A stretch of 64,000 bases of DNA from Candidatus Omnitrophota bacterium. GTDB taxonomy: Bacteria; Omnitrophota; Omnitrophia; Omnitrophales; Aquincolibacteriaceae. The stretch is from contig DAOPYQ010000005.1 of NCBI GenBank assembly GCA_035352955.1, positions 109,231 to 173,230 of the forward strand, written 5' to 3'. Positions 61,386-64,000 of this stretch are shown piece after piece. A program made the translations under genes and the position numbers. Position 1 is the first letter of the stretch; every line of letters starts with the position of its first letter. The notes beneath the pieces were generated by a model that made no database searches, was not told the DNA's origin, and saw only the letters and a program-made list of their open reading frames with translations.

Positions 61386-61544
61386 CTATTTTTGTTTCAA
61401 CAAAACGGCTCCACCCGCAACGCAAATAATCAACGTGACGTAATTATAAATGTTCCAATAAGCCGCATCATCCAGAACCATTCCCACCACCGTCGCAACC
61501 GCCAAAGCCAGTAATAACGCTCCGAGCATCTGATAAATTTTCAT
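61386..61544 (-). CDS. small two-helix membrane protein, hypothetical
   Basis: MKIYQMLGALLLALAVATVVGMVLDD...VTLIICVAGGAVLL. Confidence 0.25.
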   Translation of the reverse strand: MKIYQMLGALLLALAVATVVGMVLDDAAYWNIYNYVTLIICVAGGAVLLKQK

Positions 61545-61575
61545 ATCCGCCCCCTTTTGGGTTTCTGTTTTTGTC

Positions 61576-61923
61576 TTACGCGCCTTCGACGATCCCGGCC
61601 GCCTTTTCAACACACTCAAGACAGGAGATCTTTTTCAGCGCCTTGATCTCCCGGCATTTAACGGAACCGGCGAAGTCCTGAAAGATCCCGTAAAGTTCAG
61701 CGACCTTGGAAGAACCCAACGCTTCAAGAAGACGTTTGGCCGCATAGATAGCCCCGCAATAACCTTCGGGTGCGCGGCCGCCGCCGAACCCCGCGTAGCT
61801 TTGAAGCTCTTCCACAGAGAGAGGGACCTTCTGCCGAAACGCATACGCCACCGATTCACAGCAGTTCATCTTCCAGGGCCCGGGGCGTTCGAGATAGTTC
61901 TGTCTGGCTTTTTGAACGCTCAT
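61576..61923 (-). CDS. C_GCAxxG_C_C-family putative redox protein
   Basis: MNCCESVAYAF...GYCGAIYAAKRL...ISCLECV matches the NCAQ.V / CGAxxG / C..C pattern of that family. Confidence 0.5.
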   Translation of the reverse strand: MSVQKARQNYLERPGPWKMNCCESVAYAFRQKVPLSVEELQSYAGFGGGRAPEGYCGAIYAAKRLLEALGSSKVAELYGIFQDFAGSVKCREIKALKKISCLECVEKAAGIVEGA

Positions 61924-61989
61924 AAACGTATCCTCCCTTTATATTTGCGACGGACACATGGCCTTCCGGGGTTCCGAACCGGAATAACG

Positions 61990-62709
61990 CTAGAGACTAT
62001 TATGCAACGAATGATGATGGAGCACCAGCCATCGCTGGGCGCTTTGATAATCCGGCATAAGCGCTTTCACTTTCTGCCAGAACCGCTTCGAATGATTCAA
62101 CTCTTCAAGATGGACGACTTCGTGGACAACGACATAATCCACCACCTCCCGGGGCGCCATCATCAACCTCCAACTGAAATTCAAAACCCCTTTCGCGCTG
62201 CAGGACCCCCAACGCCCGGCCGCGTTTGAGATCCCGACCCTGAGGTAACTTGCCCCGGTCAGCCCGGTATAATGGCGGACCCGGGCAGTCAAGAACTCCC
62301 CGGCCCGTTCCCGGTACCAATCCCGGAAAAGCCACTTGGCCAAAGACACGCATCCCTCCCGCAGAAAAAATCCGTTTTCTTTAAAAACGAGCGGCCCATA
62401 GGCCCCCGGAACGACGGAAAGACCGTACGCTTCGCCAAGATACTGGAATTTTTCACCGGAAAAAAAGCGCTTCGGGACCGCGGGAGCGCAATGGGTGCGC
62501 GCGAAATCTTGTTTGCGCAAGATCCAGGGAAGCTTTTGGCGGACCAACTCGTGAACGGTCCCAAGCGGCATCTTGTGGGGAACGCGAACGATCAGGTGGG
62601 CTTCGGAAGTGACTTGGAGCTCTACCGTCCGGCGCCTCGACCGGATGATCTTATGAATCGGATGTGGCTCCACGAGAGCTGAACCTTCCTGTCTTTTGTT
62701 TACCGTCAT
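61990..62709 (-). CDS. YgjP-like metal-dependent hydrolase (DUF45 / M48-like, HExxH)
   Basis: N-terminal RSRRRTVELQVTSEAHLIVRVP and C-terminal VVHEVVHLEELNHSKRFW (HExxH) match DUF45. The start is taken at MTVNKRQ to avoid overlap with yciH. Confidence 0.55.
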   Translation of the reverse strand: MTVNKRQEGSALVEPHPIHKIIRSRRRTVELQVTSEAHLIVRVPHKMPLGTVHELVRQKLPWILRKQDFARTHCAPAVPKRFFSGEKFQYLGEAYGLSVVPGAYGPLVFKENGFFLREGCVSLAKWLFRDWYRERAGEFLTARVRHYTGLTGASYLRVGISNAAGRWGSCSAKGVLNFSWRLMMAPREVVDYVVVHEVVHLEELNHSKRFWQKVKALMPDYQSAQRWLVLHHHSLHNSL

Positions 62710-62747
62710 CTGTTCTTCCGGAAAAATCCTGCGGAATTCCTCCTGTT

Positions 62748-63047
62748 TCAACGCGACTTTTTCAAAAACCATGCCGTGACAAAGTTGACCTGGTCTCCCT
62801 GGATCTCGATCTGTCCGTTCTTGACGGTCCCGCCGGTCCCTAAAAGGGTTTTTAATTCCTTCGCGATGCCTCCGAGCCTTTCCGCGCCGTACGTGTGAAG
62901 ACCGGAGATCACGGTGACGTATTTCCCCATCCTCCGCTCCAGACGGATCTTCGCTTTCGGGCTTGCCGGATTTTCTTTTTTAAGCGGCTGAGGCGCCCTG
63001 TCATCCGGACTGAGCGACCAGCCTTCCCCGCCTGTCATCTTTGCCAT
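62748..63047 (-). CDS. yciH: translation initiation factor SUI1/YciH
   Basis: [53 protein letters not shown] is the SUI1 domain. The ORF-track N-terminal 63 aa are an over-extension. Confidence 0.75.
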   Translation of the reverse strand: MAKMTGGEGWSLSPDDRAPQPLKKENPASPKAKIRLERRMGKYVTVISGLHTYGAERLGGIAKELKTLLGTGGTVKNGQIEIQGDQVNFVTAWFLKKSR

Positions 63048-63064
63048 CGTGGTTCGTCCCTTCT

Positions 63065-63601
63065 TCACTTCATCGCGGAAGGCACCCGGACCGTCCTGCC
63101 GCTTATCATGAAAACATCTTTCCCCCGGTGATGAAGCGTTCGCGGATTTTTCGCTCGCGGGTCGATCCAGGCCCGGACCACTTGCACGATGAATAAATTG
63201 TACCGCTTCGCCATCGTCTGATCGATCACCTTGCATTCAAGGTTCGCATAGCACTCCCCGATCATCGGGGCCTTGACCCGCGAAGCCTTCTCGGGCGTCA
63301 ACCGGAACGTCTTGAATTTATCGACCGTCCGGCCGGAAACATTGCCGCACGCGATCGCCTTTTTCGCCAACCTCGCGGCAGGAATATTGATCACGCATTC
63401 CCGTGTCGCTTTCAAAACATCGAACGTGTAATTCTGGTCGCTGATCACAAGACCCAAAAGCGGCGGATCAAAATCGATCATCGTATGCCACGCCATCGTC
63501 ATAATGTTCGGCCGGCCTTTCAACGCCGTCGAAACCATCAGGAGCGGCCCCGGCCCGATCAAGGTATAAACTTTTTTCAACGGAAAATATTTTTTAGTCA
63601 T
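63065..63601 (-). CDS. flavin reductase-like FMN-binding protein
   Basis: [34 protein letters not shown] and overall size (178 aa) fit the flavin reductase split-barrel family. Confidence 0.55.
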   Translation of the reverse strand: MTKKYFPLKKVYTLIGPGPLLMVSTALKGRPNIMTMAWHTMIDFDPPLLGLVISDQNYTFDVLKATRECVINIPAARLAKKAIACGNVSGRTVDKFKTFRLTPEKASRVKAPMIGECYANLECKVIDQTMAKRYNLFIVQVVRAWIDPRAKNPRTLHHRGKDVFMISGRTVRVPSAMK

Positions 63602-64000
63602 CCTTCCCCCTTTGCATTGAACCCGGCAAGCGTTTCGGCCAGCTGTTTGGGGTGCGTGATCATGCTGTCATGCGGCCCGGAGATCATCCTTCGCGACCAA
63701 CGACCGCCCTGCGCCCGCGCATAAGCCTCCTCATGGGATTTCCGGGAGGCTCCGGGGTCCTGGACCTTATTGAGAAGATACGTTTTTGGGATTAAATGAA
63801 CTTTCGGCTCGCTGACAACCAGAGATTCTTCGTAACAGGCGGCCGGAGTCGGCGTCAAAAGCGGTTTGACCCACGCGACATCTTCCGGGTCCGTCACGCC
63901 AAAGACTTCCGGCGAAGGCGGCATCAGGACCTGAACGCTCTTTCCGGCAAACGTGATCGTGCTGACCCTCGCCCGCAGATCCGGCCTGACATCAAAAAAA
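63598..64000 (-). CDS. alpha/beta-hydrolase-like protein, C-terminal part; 5' end off the window
   Basis: C-terminal GPHDSMITHP resembles the catalytic-His region of alpha/beta hydrolases. The frame is open to the window end. Confidence 0.3.
   Translation of the reverse strand, partial: FFDVRPDLRARVSTITFAGKSVQVLMPPSPEVFGVTDPEDVAWVKPLLTPTPAACYEESLVVSEPKVHLIPKTYLLNKVQDPGASRKSHEEAYARAQGGRWSRRMISGPHDSMITHPKQLAETLAGFNAKGEG

Overview
This 64-kb GC-rich window (roughly 55-60% GC by eye, not computed) is a bacterial chromosomal segment with an outer-membrane-type gene content (lptE, BamD-like, ExeA/GspB-like, TIGR04073-like). Almost every gene is on the minus strand; only rpsT and one small zinc-ribbon ORF are on the plus strand. 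One uninterrupted 30,909-bp ORF (2529..33437, minus strand, 10,302 aa) takes up 48% of the window and sits between metH (partial) and uvrC. It has a Sec-type signal peptide and a non-repetitive mosaic of recognisable domains. In N-to-C order these are a low-molecular-weight protein tyrosine phosphatase (LMW-PTP), a pyruvate phosphate dikinase N-terminal ATP-grasp-like (PPDK_N-like) segment, a DnaJ J-domain, a histidine-kinase-like (GHKL/HATPase_c) ATPase followed by an HPr-like domain, a family-2 glycosyltransferase (GT2), two RidA-like domains, an internal two-helix transmembrane hairpin, a MutS-like ATPase and an internal twin-arginine-like motif. A short linker peptide (consensus RSEMRE, often preceded by AQLRRGxDDHV) recurs at six or more module boundaries. 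Two of its copies are near-identical at the DNA level (51 bp, 5 mismatches). I read this as a giant modular exported multi-enzyme, possibly processed polyprotein, of the kind reported from memory for Omnitrophota, and it is the main candidate for an undescribed system. Phylum assignment is inference only. The rest of the window holds housekeeping genes (murJ, rpsT, holA, lptE, leuS, tRNA-Leu(CAA), tRNA-Ala(GGC), acpS, mnmA, mscL, rsmH, yciH) plus a ComEC / ExeA / GspB-like cluster. Other oddities include a BamD-like TPR lipoprotein with a ~700-aa coiled-coil tail, a bactofilin fused to an excisionase-type HTH, 89-bp direct repeats that duplicate the 3' end of tRNA-Leu around a 167-bp insert, and a dispersed family of GGATG-type heptamer arrays. 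Every long plus-strand ORF overlapping these genes is an antisense artefact. All coordinates were derived by hand and may be off by a few nucleotides; gene starts are the least certain.
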